Below are positions 20,170-27,890 of a stretch of 64,000 nt of DNA, one piece after another. Made by a program: the position numbers and the translations under genes. The first letter of the stretch is position 1, and the number at the start of each line of letters is the position of its first letter. This DNA comes from a virus. The notes beneath the pieces were generated by a model that saw nothing but the letters and a program-made list of their open reading frames with translations, did no database searches and was not told the DNA's origin. The stretch lies in IMG/VR virus record IMGVR_UViG_3300044981_000078, positions 37,669 to 101,668 of that record; one strand, given 5' to 3'.

Positions 20170-20177
20170 AGTTTGAA

Positions 20178-20310
20178 TGCGGGTGCCGTAGATTAGGGTT
20201 ACTTCTCCTGCTAAGAGTGGAGTCGTGGGTTCGAGCCCCACTCCTACGCCAACGGCGAGGATAGCTTAGTGGTAAAGCGCCAACGTTCCTTAGTCGCCTG
20301 ATGCCCCGCA
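20178..20310 (+). ncRNA. yrlA: YrlA-like Y RNA (permuted tRNA mimic)
   Basis: Terminal stem TGCGGG/CCCGCA; T arm GTGGG-TTCGAGC-CCCAC precedes a closed acceptor hairpin and then the D arm GCTT-AGTGGTA-AAGC; directly upstream of Ro60. Confidence 0.88.
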
Positions 20311-20318
20311 AATTTTTG

Positions 20319-20406
20319 ATCGCAGATGCCGTTAGAGACGGGTTACTTCTTACTGAACAAGAGAGGGATAAAATCCCATATCCTATTTCGCTTGATGCTC
20401 TGCGAT
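20319..20406 (+). ncRNA. second, short Y RNA without a tRNA module
   Basis: Terminal stem ATCGCAGA/TCTGCGAT; shares TGCCGT..AGA..GGGTTACTTC and TCGCYTGATGC with the first Y RNA. Confidence 0.8.
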
Positions 20407-20423
20407 AATCTTTTGGAGGAACA

Positions 20424-21827
20424 ATGAAAACAAATACGAAGACCTTACCGACTCCGAAGTTCACACACGAGGGCGCTCGTGCGTACAATACGACTGCCGA
20501 ACAGGAACTGCGCCGGTCAGTTATGGCCTGCATGCTGTGGGAGGACACCTTCTATGAAGATGGTGTGGATATCGCTGATCGTGTCAGTTCGCTCGTAGCC
20601 AAGGTCGCTCCGGAGAAAGTTTCCGAGATCGCAATCGAGGCCCGGGTCAAGCAGAAGCTGCGTCATGTGCCTCTGTTTCTCGCTGTAGCGATGGCAAAGC
20701 TGCCGACTCACAAGCATGTTGTAGCGGATACTGTCGCTGAGATCATCCAGCGCCCGGACGAGCTTGCAGAGATTCTCGCTATCTATTCTAAGGACCGTAC
20801 CGGAAGCAAGAAGCTGAACAAGCTGTCAAAGCAGCTTCAATACGGTATCGCTCGTGCGTTCACAAAGTTCAACGAATACAGCTTGGCAAAGTATAATCAG
20901 GACAAGGATGTCAAGCTCCGCGACGTTCTATTTTTGACTCACCCTACACCGGTAGACGACGCTCAGGCCGATCTGTGGAAGCGACTGATTGATGGAAAGT
21001 TGGACACCCCGGACACCTGGGAGGTCGCAATATCTGCTGCGAAGGGCAACAAGGACCTGACCCGCGACACCTGGGACCGTCTGTTGAAAGAGGGCAAGCT
21101 GGGCGCACTGGCGCTCCTTCGCAATTTGCGAAATATGGATGAAGCCGGGGTACACACCGATCTTATCCGTAATTCACTCTTAAACGCCAATACCGAACGC
21201 GTACTCCCGTTTCGTTTTGTTGCAGCCGCACACGCCGCCCCGAAGTTTGAGGGCGAACTGGACCAATTACTTATCAAAACATCCGAAAAGCTCCCTAAGC
21301 TTTCGGGAAAAACTATCCTGATTGTTGACGTTTCCGGATCGATGTACAGAGCCGGAAATATCAGCAAGCGATCAGATATGACCAGGTTGGAGGCAGCCGG
21401 AGCGCTGGCGGCTATCGCTCGCGAGTCTTGTGAAAGTGTTGCAATCTACGCGACCGCAGGCGACGATTACGCTCGCAAGCATAAGACCGGTCTTGTTCCC
21501 GCACGCCGAGGAATGGCGTTAATTGAGAAATTTACAGCGCGTGGATTCGTTTTAGAGTTAGGCGGAGGGGGAATTTTCTTGAAGCAGGTCCTTGACTATG
21601 TCTACGAGAAGGAAAAGACAGCCGACCGAATCATTGTATTCACAGACGAACAGGATTGTGACTTGAAGTGCAATCCGGCAACCGCCAACGCTTTCGGAAA
21701 GCGTAATTACCTGGTCAACATCTCAAACGAGCGAAACGGTATCGGCTATAAGCCGAACTGGATTCATATCGATGGGTTCTCGGAGGCTATCCTTCAATAC
21801 ATTGCAGCAACGGAGCAGAATGGTTAA
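20424..21827 (+). CDS. rsr: Ro60-related TROVE/vWA RNA-binding protein
   Basis: HEGA, FYEDG, FNEYSLAKY, TPDTWE, ALLRNLRN, LPFRF, DVSGSM (MIDAS), TDEQ. Confidence 0.95.
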   Translation: MKTNTKTLPTPKFTHEGARAYNTTAEQELRRSVMACMLWEDTFYEDGVDIADRVSSLVAKVAPEKVSEIAIEARVKQKLRHVPLFLAVAMAKLPTHKHVVADTVAEIIQRPDELAEILAIYSKDRTGSKKLNKLSKQLQYGIARAFTKFNEYSLAKYNQDKDVKLRDVLFLTHPTPVDDAQADLWKRLIDGKLDTPDTWEVAISAAKGNKDLTRDTWDRLLKEGKLGALALLRNLRNMDEAGVHTDLIRNSLLNANTERVLPFRFVAAAHAAPKFEGELDQLLIKTSEKLPKLSGKTILIVDVSGSMYRAGNISKRSDMTRLEAAGALAAIARESCESVAIYATAGDDYARKHKTGLVPARRGMALIEKFTARGFVLELGGGGIFLKQVLDYVYEKEKTADRIIVFTDEQDCDLKCNPATANAFGKRNYLVNISNERNGIGYKPNWIHIDGFSEAILQYIAATEQNG

Positions 21828-22020
21828 AGAAACTAATACAGATGAACCTAGTTTCATTTATGATTTAGTTCGTGAAGACGGAAGACTGGAGCGAGTGTGT
21901 AAACATGGCATCGGTCATACTGTAGGTCATACAAATCCTAAAATGTTAAAAGACAGATATATCTGGGTCCACGGCTGTGACGGATGCTGTGCTACTTATG
22001 AAGTAATGGAGCCCGAGTGA
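21820..22020 (+). CDS. small Cys/His protein
   Basis: ERVCKHGIGH...HGCDGCC. Confidence 0.6.
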   Translation: MVKETNTDEPSFIYDLVREDGRLERVCKHGIGHTVGHTNPKMLKDRYIWVHGCDGCCATYEVMEPE

Positions 22021-22403
22021 AGACACAGTATCTTGTCGGACGATATAAACTAGGATTCAAGTATGTTCGACTAATTGTCGATACAACGACAGCCAATGGT
22101 TCGGTCGATCTAGTTCCCGACGATAAAGAAACTACCAAGATAGTTATTGGTATAGACTCTCCGTGGAGTGAATCATTATCAGTTTTTCTTCATGAGGTGT
22201 ACGAAGGAACCCTAATAGACTTGCACACTCGGTATAAAGCTAGGCCCAGCTACTCTGATGAAAGCTCCGATTTTATTTTCGTAGTCTCCCATAACCAACT
22301 ATCGGAGGCGCACGAGCGGGTTGGGGTATTCTTAGCGGAGAGCCTTCCGGATTTTACTAAGGCATATAAAAAGTATTCGTCATTTAAGGAAACCAATGAG
22401 TAA
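22017..22403 (+). CDS. hypothetical protein (degenerate zincin-like)
   Basis: VFLHEVYE. Confidence 0.5.
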   Translation: MKTQYLVGRYKLGFKYVRLIVDTTTANGSVDLVPDDKETTKIVIGIDSPWSESLSVFLHEVYEGTLIDLHTRYKARPSYSDESSDFIFVVSHNQLSEAHERVGVFLAESLPDFTKAYKKYSSFKETNE

Positions 22404-22983
22404 GGTTTGGCTGATATCAGACACTCACCTGAAGCATCAAAAGATAGCGACCTACTGTCGCCGTCCTGAGAACTTCACCGAACTAATAGATCAAAATGTC
22501 AAGAGGCTCGTAAAGCCCGAGGACACCCTGGTCCATCTCGGTGATGTCGGCATAGATAGGGCCGAGGGTCCGGACGGATTCATGAAGTATGTTCGCGAGT
22601 GGCCCGGTAAGAAGGTGCTCGTACGTGGCAATCACGATCAGCACGGTTGCGCTTGGTATATAGATCATGGATTTGATTTTGCATGTGATGCTATGATATT
22701 TCGTTCGGTGTGGTTGACCCATAAGCCTTGGTTGGGAGAGCTACCCGAAGGTACGCATATTAATGTCCACGGTCACTTACATAATTGTTGGGATGGCTTC
22801 TTACCGGACGATCCGGAAAAAGAGCAAGAAGAGTTTGTTGTCGCTGCTCAGACCGGCAAATTACTTCGACCGTGGCACCGGTTGTTTGCAATAGAATATA
22901 CCGGTTACGCGCCAGTTTGCTTTGATAAGTTTGTTGCAAAACCTGATAAGTATCAGGCAAGAGGTCCAAAGAAAAATGGCTAA
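22396..22983 (+). CDS. calcineurin-like metallophosphoesterase
   Basis: SDTH, HLGD, RGNHD, LTHKP, VHGHLH. Confidence 0.9.
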   Translation: MSKVWLISDTHLKHQKIATYCRRPENFTELIDQNVKRLVKPEDTLVHLGDVGIDRAEGPDGFMKYVREWPGKKVLVRGNHDQHGCAWYIDHGFDFACDAMIFRSVWLTHKPWLGELPEGTHINVHGHLHNCWDGFLPDDPEKEQEEFVVAAQTGKLLRPWHRLFAIEYTGYAPVCFDKFVAKPDKYQARGPKKNG

Positions 22984-23518
22984 TTTCGAAAGTATCGTGC
23001 AGTGGCTGCTTTATATTGAAGACGATAAAAAGACCCCAGGAAAAATTGTTGATTTACATGACGGTGTGGGCTTGACTCGTCTCGGATTGACCCAACGATG
23101 GCACCAGGCCGACCTCCCGCTGTCCTTCTTTTCTACGATGCCTTTTGCAGAAGCGGTCACATGTGCGAAGGCTGTCTATAAGAAGCAATATTGGACCAGT
23201 CTATGCGGAGACCAGATTGAGCACGATCAGGTTGCGGCCCCGCTTCTGAGCTTTGCGGTTAATGACACAGTTAGAACTGCTGTTAAGACCCTCCAGAGCG
23301 TTCTCGGAATAACAGAAGACGGGAGTTTAGGTCCTAAGACCCTGGCCGAACTGAACTCGAAGGACCCGGACATTGTTGCCAAGCTGTTTCGAGCAGAGTG
23401 GATTGACTTCTATAAACGAGATATCATGCTCAATCCGGGCAAAGCAGAATTTCTGAACGGCTGGCTCAACCGCGTTAATTTTTCTTATCCTAATCCGCTA
23501 GTGCCGAGTATATACTAA
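22976..23518 (+). CDS. GH108-like lysozyme/endolysin with peptidoglycan-binding C-terminus
   Basis: TRLG, YKKQYW, FAVN, LQSVLG..DGSLGPKTL, FLNGWLNR. Confidence 0.8.
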   Translation: MANFESIVQWLLYIEDDKKTPGKIVDLHDGVGLTRLGLTQRWHQADLPLSFFSTMPFAEAVTCAKAVYKKQYWTSLCGDQIEHDQVAAPLLSFAVNDTVRTAVKTLQSVLGITEDGSLGPKTLAELNSKDPDIVAKLFRAEWIDFYKRDIMLNPGKAEFLNGWLNRVNFSYPNPLVPSIY

Positions 23519-23802
23519 TGACTGTTGAAGACCCGAAATTTGAGTGGAGTTGTCCGAGATTAGGATGTAAGAAACAGATTATCGCGTATACTGAACGCGG
23601 CATGAACCTCCTGGCGGAAGAGCACATCTATCAACATACTAAGGAAGATCACGCAAACAATGTCAAGCCTAAGACTGACTCGATCCAGGTCTATAAGCCG
23701 AAGGACTACGACACCTTGCGGTTGACTCGCGCTGATATAGATTTTTTGAAGACTAGAATGATCGCAATAGACGACAAGATGGTCAGGGAAGATAATGAGT
23801 GA
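23518..23802 (+). CDS. hypothetical C2H2-like protein
   Basis: CPRLGC...H..H; coupled ORF. Confidence 0.5.
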   Translation: MTVEDPKFEWSCPRLGCKKQIIAYTERGMNLLAEEHIYQHTKEDHANNVKPKTDSIQVYKPKDYDTLRLTRADIDFLKTRMIAIDDKMVREDNE

Positions 23803-24082
23803 TCAAGAGCTAGATATTCATTTTGCTATAGGCTTTGTCCGCGAGTGGCTGCGTACAGCCCCGGAGCAGGTCATTCAACATCTTGATGAGATAATTTCCG
23901 GAGTTGACTACTATCGTCAAAAATATAATACACTGGACGAAGACTATCAGATACTCAATAAACGATACAACGATTTGACCGCGCTGTCCGCTGGGTATCT
24001 GCAGATGATCCAAGAACAGAAGTCTCAGATCGATCAGTTGTTAATAGATTCTCAGAGAGACTTACATCATGAAAGAGAATAA
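23795..24082 (+). CDS. hypothetical coiled-coil protein
   Basis: Coupled ORF. Confidence 0.5.
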   Translation: MSDQELDIHFAIGFVREWLRTAPEQVIQHLDEIISGVDYYRQKYNTLDEDYQILNKRYNDLTALSAGYLQMIQEQKSQIDQLLIDSQRDLHHERE

Positions 24083-24272
24083 CATGAAAAAGAAACAAAA
24101 ATTAGAACTATGTCAAAAACTAGATTGGGAAGGTGGTTTCGAAGCCTTCATTACTTATTCTGACTTTCCTGAAATAACGGATGAAAAATTTCGAGGGCTA
24201 GTAGACGCCTATAAGCTGGCTTATCAAAACCTCTCAAAATACATTGGCTGGGATACGTTCGAACCAGAATGA
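24069..24272 (+). CDS. hypothetical protein
   Basis: Coupled ORF. Confidence 0.5.
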   Translation: MKENNMKKKQKLELCQKLDWEGGFEAFITYSDFPEITDEKFRGLVDAYKLAYQNLSKYIGWDTFEPE

Positions 24273-24748
24273 AAATTTCGTGGAGCGAACAAGAGAATTG
24301 GTTTCAGGTCGAACTAGGAGAGCCCTGGCGCGATAACATGGAACTAGTTCGTTTGGTCGGCTTCAAGACCACTGGCCCGCCTGATTGGATTTGGCACACC
24401 TCTAAAGCAGCAATCCTGAACAAACTTCGCAGTAAATCGCAGTCACTGGTTATCACAGAACTCGCCTTCGAAAAGTATAAACTACTCAACGAACAAGAAC
24501 AATCTAAAATTGAGCTTAAGAAGAGATTCTTAAAAGCCAAAACATTGGCTGCGCGAGAAATAAACTCTAACAATTGGAAAGAGTATTTTGATGAACAAAC
24601 TGGGGTCATGTGTAAGATAGTCGAGCCGGTCACAGATAAATTTGTATGGAAATATGAGCCGCCACCCCCGCCGGGGTTGCGTTGCTTTATGTGCGGGCAG
24701 CCGTTATATTGTTTCGATCTGTCGGATATTTGTACATGGTGCGGTTAA
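24269..24748 (+). CDS. hypothetical protein with C-terminal Zn ribbon
   Basis: CFMCG...CTWCG. Confidence 0.55.
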   Translation: MKISWSEQENWFQVELGEPWRDNMELVRLVGFKTTGPPDWIWHTSKAAILNKLRSKSQSLVITELAFEKYKLLNEQEQSKIELKKRFLKAKTLAAREINSNNWKEYFDEQTGVMCKIVEPVTDKFVWKYEPPPPPGLRCFMCGQPLYCFDLSDICTWCG

Positions 24749-24758
24749 GGGAGATAAA

Positions 24759-24926
24759 ATGAAACGTTTGTGTGTATTTTATGATTCACCTAGTGGAAAA
24801 ACAGCGCGGAATTGGCTGGACAAGCCCATTCAATGGATCGTCTGTAAGAAGTGTCAAAAACTGTTGGCAAGGGGTGAGACTATCTATTCTTCGCTCTCCA
24901 AAGTATTTTCTAACTACGCAGATTAA
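24759..24926 (+). CDS. small hypothetical protein
   Basis: ATG after GGGAG; its stop lies within the IS target duplication. Confidence 0.45.
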   Translation: MKRLCVFYDSPSGKTARNWLDKPIQWIVCKKCQKLLARGETIYSSLSKVFSNYAD

Positions 24927-24979
24927 AATAGGGGAATTATCCACTTGACTCCCTAACCCAAATTTGGTAGTATTTGGGT

Positions 24980-25906
24980 ATGAGCAAAAGCACAGTGAGC
25001 ACCTTCCAACTGTTCGAGAAGTGGCCGACTGAAGAGTCCGCAAGACTCTACATTGAGAAGCGACTATGGTCGAACGGCCCTGTATGCCCACGCTGTAAGG
25101 CTACAGAGCGCATTACGGCCCGCAAAGGCGGCTTCTACCGTTGTAACCCATGTAAATGGGACTTCACGGTTAGAACAGGCACTATCTTCGGTCGTTCGCA
25201 CGTCCCGCTGCATAAGTGGTTGTACGCAATGTACTTGCTTGTGACTTCGCGGAAGGGAATTTCATCTCTGCAAATGTCTAAAGAAATTGGAGTTAAGCAG
25301 CATACCGCGTGGTTCATATTACAGCGGTTGCGAGAAGCCTGCGGCGCGGAAGTCAAGATGCTTCAAGGGATTGTCGAAGTGGACGAAACCTTTATTACAG
25401 GCAAAGAACAGAATCGCCATATGTATGACCGTATCCATGACCCCCGAGAGCGATCAGAGAAGGCAATCGTAGTCGGGATGCGAGAACGTGGCGGGAATAC
25501 CGTTGCGACGGTAGTTCAGAGCACGGGCGGTTTGGCTCTCCGCGCCGAAATACACAAGCATGTGGTATCAGGCACTAGAGTTATGACCGACGATTACGGC
25601 AGTTACACGGCGCTCCCGAGAGAAGGGTTCAAGCACGAGAGCGTAAAGCATGTCACAGGAGAATATGTCCGTGGCGACGTTCACACTAATTCAATTGAAT
25701 CAGTATGGGCTGTTCTAAAGCGCGGGGTACACGGGACGTTTCACCATGTCAGCAAGAAACACCTGAATCGATATGTTTCCGAGTTTACTTTTCGTCTAAA
25801 TGACGGTAAGGTTCAGCGCCACACTCTTGATAGACTCGACAGTCTGATATCCAATGTGGTAGGGAAACGAGTTACATACGAAGAAATAATCTCAGAAAAG
25901 TCTTGA
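24980..25906 (+). CDS. IS1595-family (ISXO2-like) DDE transposase
   Basis: CPRC..CNPC Zn ribbon, GTIF, KGISS, VEVDETF, MTDD, HTNSIESVW, YVSEFTFR. Confidence 0.95.
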   Translation: MSKSTVSTFQLFEKWPTEESARLYIEKRLWSNGPVCPRCKATERITARKGGFYRCNPCKWDFTVRTGTIFGRSHVPLHKWLYAMYLLVTSRKGISSLQMSKEIGVKQHTAWFILQRLREACGAEVKMLQGIVEVDETFITGKEQNRHMYDRIHDPRERSEKAIVVGMRERGGNTVATVVQSTGGLALRAEIHKHVVSGTRVMTDDYGSYTALPREGFKHESVKHVTGEYVRGDVHTNSIESVWAVLKRGVHGTFHHVSKKHLNRYVSEFTFRLNDGKVQRHTLDRLDSLISNVVGKRVTYEEIISEKS

Positions 25907-25932
25907 CAAACTCTTCTGTTTTTTGTTAGACT
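25903..25932 (+). promoter_or_regulatory. internal sigma70 promoter driving the IS cargo
   Basis: TTGACA-18 nt-(TGT)TAGACT overlapping the transposase stop. Confidence 0.65.
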
Positions 25933-26024
25933 GTTCTGGTAGCAAGTTGAATGGTGGATTCGTCGCCCACTGCAAATCGACGATAAGGCAGACGTAAAAG
26001 AAAGCAAACCCGTCGGCTACATAT

Positions 26025-26100
26025 GCGGAGGTAGTTTAATGGTAGAACGATCTGTTAACCAACAGGTAGGTGGCGGTTCAAATCCGACCTCTCCGCTCCA
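26025..26100 (+). tRNA. atypical tRNA-Gly-like RNA (8-nt anticodon loop, bulged T stem)
   Basis: Acceptor GCGGAGG/TCTCCGC, U73, encoded CCA; D arm GTTT-AATGGTA-GAAC; anticodon stem ATCTG/CAGGT with loop TTAACCAA; T loop TTCAAAT. Confidence 0.85.
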
Positions 26101-26210
26101 AGAATCTCACGACGAGTGCAAATATCTCGGAAACGATTTATGGGATTGCGGCCACATTGACAATTCTATTGATGGCTGTGACTGTCATGTTTGCGCGGCG
26201 GAGTTGATAA

Positions 26211-26753
26211 ATGCCCGACCAATCGCTTAGTAAAACTCCCTTCTGCCGTCTCCTGTCCGCCGAAGAATCAAACAAAATGCTTAATGCGTGGCACTATCTA
26301 GGCGAAGTCAGGGGAATATTGTTTTCTGTCGGCCACGAAGAAGGTTGCTGTGTTTTCACCAACTGTCGCTCTCGGGTGTATGAAAAGAAGCATCCGGGAG
26401 TTGTTGAGTTGTCCAGAATGGTAGGAATGCCGGGTCATAAATGGGCGATGTCTTCTTTGATGGCTCAAGCCACTCGGGAATGCAAAAAGCGCGGCTACAC
26501 GGAAATAATCACCTACGCAGACCCGTGGAATAATAACACAGGTAAAGTCTATCTTGCGGCGGGCTGGAAAGCGGCGGGCAGCACCGGGCAGGATATGGTC
26601 TACCTTCTCGATGGTGAGCGCATCGCTCGTAGAACGCTTTATGACCGTCATGGAACGCAGTCCAGAAAGAAAATGAAAGAAATCTACGGTGACCGCCTAC
26701 AATTTGAAATTGCACCCCCTAAACCAATTTTCATAAAAGCATTGGTTTCTTAG
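26211..26753 (+). CDS. Mom-family (GNAT-fold) adenine-modifying enzyme
   Basis: WHYLG, ELSRM, ITYADP, GKVYLAAGW and C-terminal KPIF motifs typical of Mom-like proteins. Confidence 0.8.
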   Translation: MPDQSLSKTPFCRLLSAEESNKMLNAWHYLGEVRGILFSVGHEEGCCVFTNCRSRVYEKKHPGVVELSRMVGMPGHKWAMSSLMAQATRECKKRGYTEIITYADPWNNNTGKVYLAAGWKAAGSTGQDMVYLLDGERIARRTLYDRHGTQSRKKMKEIYGDRLQFEIAPPKPIFIKALVS

Positions 26754-26825
26754 TTTTATGGATACTTATAAAGATTTTATGTGGGATTTACGGGGAGTCA
26801 AGTGGATAATTCCCTAAAATAGTCC

Positions 26826-26855
26826 TTGACAAACCTAGATGTCATTTGATAGCTT
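26826..26855 (+). promoter_or_regulatory. sigma70 promoter just downstream of the IS
   Basis: TTGACA-18 nt-(TGA)TAGCTT. Confidence 0.6.
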
Positions 26856-26865
26856 TGAGAAGAAA

Positions 26866-27066
26866 ATGTGCATTAAGCTGCCGCATCAATGCAGACAAAC
26901 TAACTATCAAGGCAGCCTTGTCTTTATCTGCAGTCGATGCGGCAAATGCTATGAATGTCGTCACAAAATTGTTTACTTGGAGCAGGAGCATCGATTTGTT
27001 TGGAAGTGCCCGGACGGAAAGTTACGACCGGTAATCAATGACGGAAGACTAAAGGAGACAATATGA
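26866..27066 (+). CDS. small Cys-rich protein
   Basis: CSRCGKCYECRH; likely start at ATG 26866, after the promoter. Confidence 0.5.
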   Translation: MCIKLPHQCRQTNYQGSLVFICSRCGKCYECRHKIVYLEQEHRFVWKCPDGKLRPVINDGRLKETI

Positions 27067-27488
27067 AACCAGCAGTACAAGCATTCAAGATTGGGAAGTA
27101 TCACAAGCCATCTGAGGCGCTAAAGAAGGCTCTCGATATCCTCCGTCGTCCGGGGCGTTGGGTTCAGGGAGAACTTGCACGGGGTTACGACGAAGACGGT
27201 AACCATTTTAGCTGTGACTCGAAAGCAACAAGGCACAACGCAGAAGCATTTTGTGCGTTGGGGTGCATTCGTTTTATTAATGGACCCGCTCAAAAATCTG
27301 CCGAGGCGTTTCTTCGTGAAGCAGGAAAGCAAATTCAATATGGAGGTTTGGGCTACGAACAAAGCTATATAGACAAAATGAAAGCAACAAATGGAAGTAT
27401 TTTTCATGTCAATGACACTTTGGGTTTTAAGCGTACTATAGAAATGTTTAAGCTCGCCATCAAGAAAGCTCGTGCAGCCGGAAAGTAA
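27063..27488 (+). CDS. hypothetical phage protein (WxQG...FCxxG family)
   Basis: RWVQGELAR...AFCALGCI...VND; AAGGAG RBS. Confidence 0.6.
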   Translation: MKPAVQAFKIGKYHKPSEALKKALDILRRPGRWVQGELARGYDEDGNHFSCDSKATRHNAEAFCALGCIRFINGPAQKSAEAFLREAGKQIQYGGLGYEQSYIDKMKATNGSIFHVNDTLGFKRTIEMFKLAIKKARAAGK

Positions 27489-27695
27489 AATGATAGAGAC
27501 TAAACAACTGACCGAAGAGCAACCAGCTGATCGTAACTTACAGCGCGAGATCGCTAAACGTTCAGATAAACAGACCGCCCGCAGGCTCAAGCGGCTATCC
27601 CGGTAGTCACACAATATTGATTCGGTGTGGGCAATTGTGTTAGGATTGGTGTTCGAGAATACTAAACCGGTAGGCAAGATGGAGCCGTTCCTACG

Positions 27696-27890
27696 ATGAA
27701 GGTCTCAAAACAAACTTGGTTAGTTGAAGCAAGTTACATGAACGGCCCGTATCAACCGTTCTGCCAATCTATAAGTTGTAAATCGAAGTTTCATGCGGAA
27801 CAGTTAGCAAAAGAAAAAGCTAATCTTGAGCGTAGTCGCGGAGGTCAAAATCTGCGATTTAGGGTAGCTTTATATAGGAGAGTAAAATGA
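27696..27890 (+). CDS. small hypothetical protein
   Basis: ORF coupled to the next gene. Confidence 0.45.
   Translation: MKVSKQTWLVEASYMNGPYQPFCQSISCKSKFHAEQLAKEKANLERSRGGQNLRFRVALYRRVK

Larger units (their letters stand above)
24932..26814 (+). mobile_element. complete IS1595-family element with passenger genes (1883 bp)
   Basis: Perfect 22-bp TIRs GGGAATTATCCACTTGACTCCC (24932-24953 and 26793-26814); 8-bp TSD TAAAATAG (24924-24931 and 26815-26822). Confidence 0.95.

Noticed and set aside
20213-20282. Canonical tRNA gene
   Set aside because: The T arm precedes the D arm and the acceptor ends are joined, which is Y RNA architecture rather than a standard tRNA
20014-20548. Minus-strand ORFs 20014-20241 and 20165-20548
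   Set aside because: Antisense shadows of the Y RNAs and rsr; GLEPTT is the typical reverse translation of a T arm
26039-26230. 63-aa ORF starting inside the tRNA-like RNA
   Set aside because: Its N-terminus (GGSNPTSPL) is simply the T arm and acceptor stem read as protein. Not called, although dual coding cannot be excluded
27120-27677. 185-aa minus-strand ORF and similar antisense ORFs (e.g. 31248-31772, 31624-32124, 32958-33392)
   Set aside because: They overlap well-supported, coupled + strand genes and have no recognisable motifs
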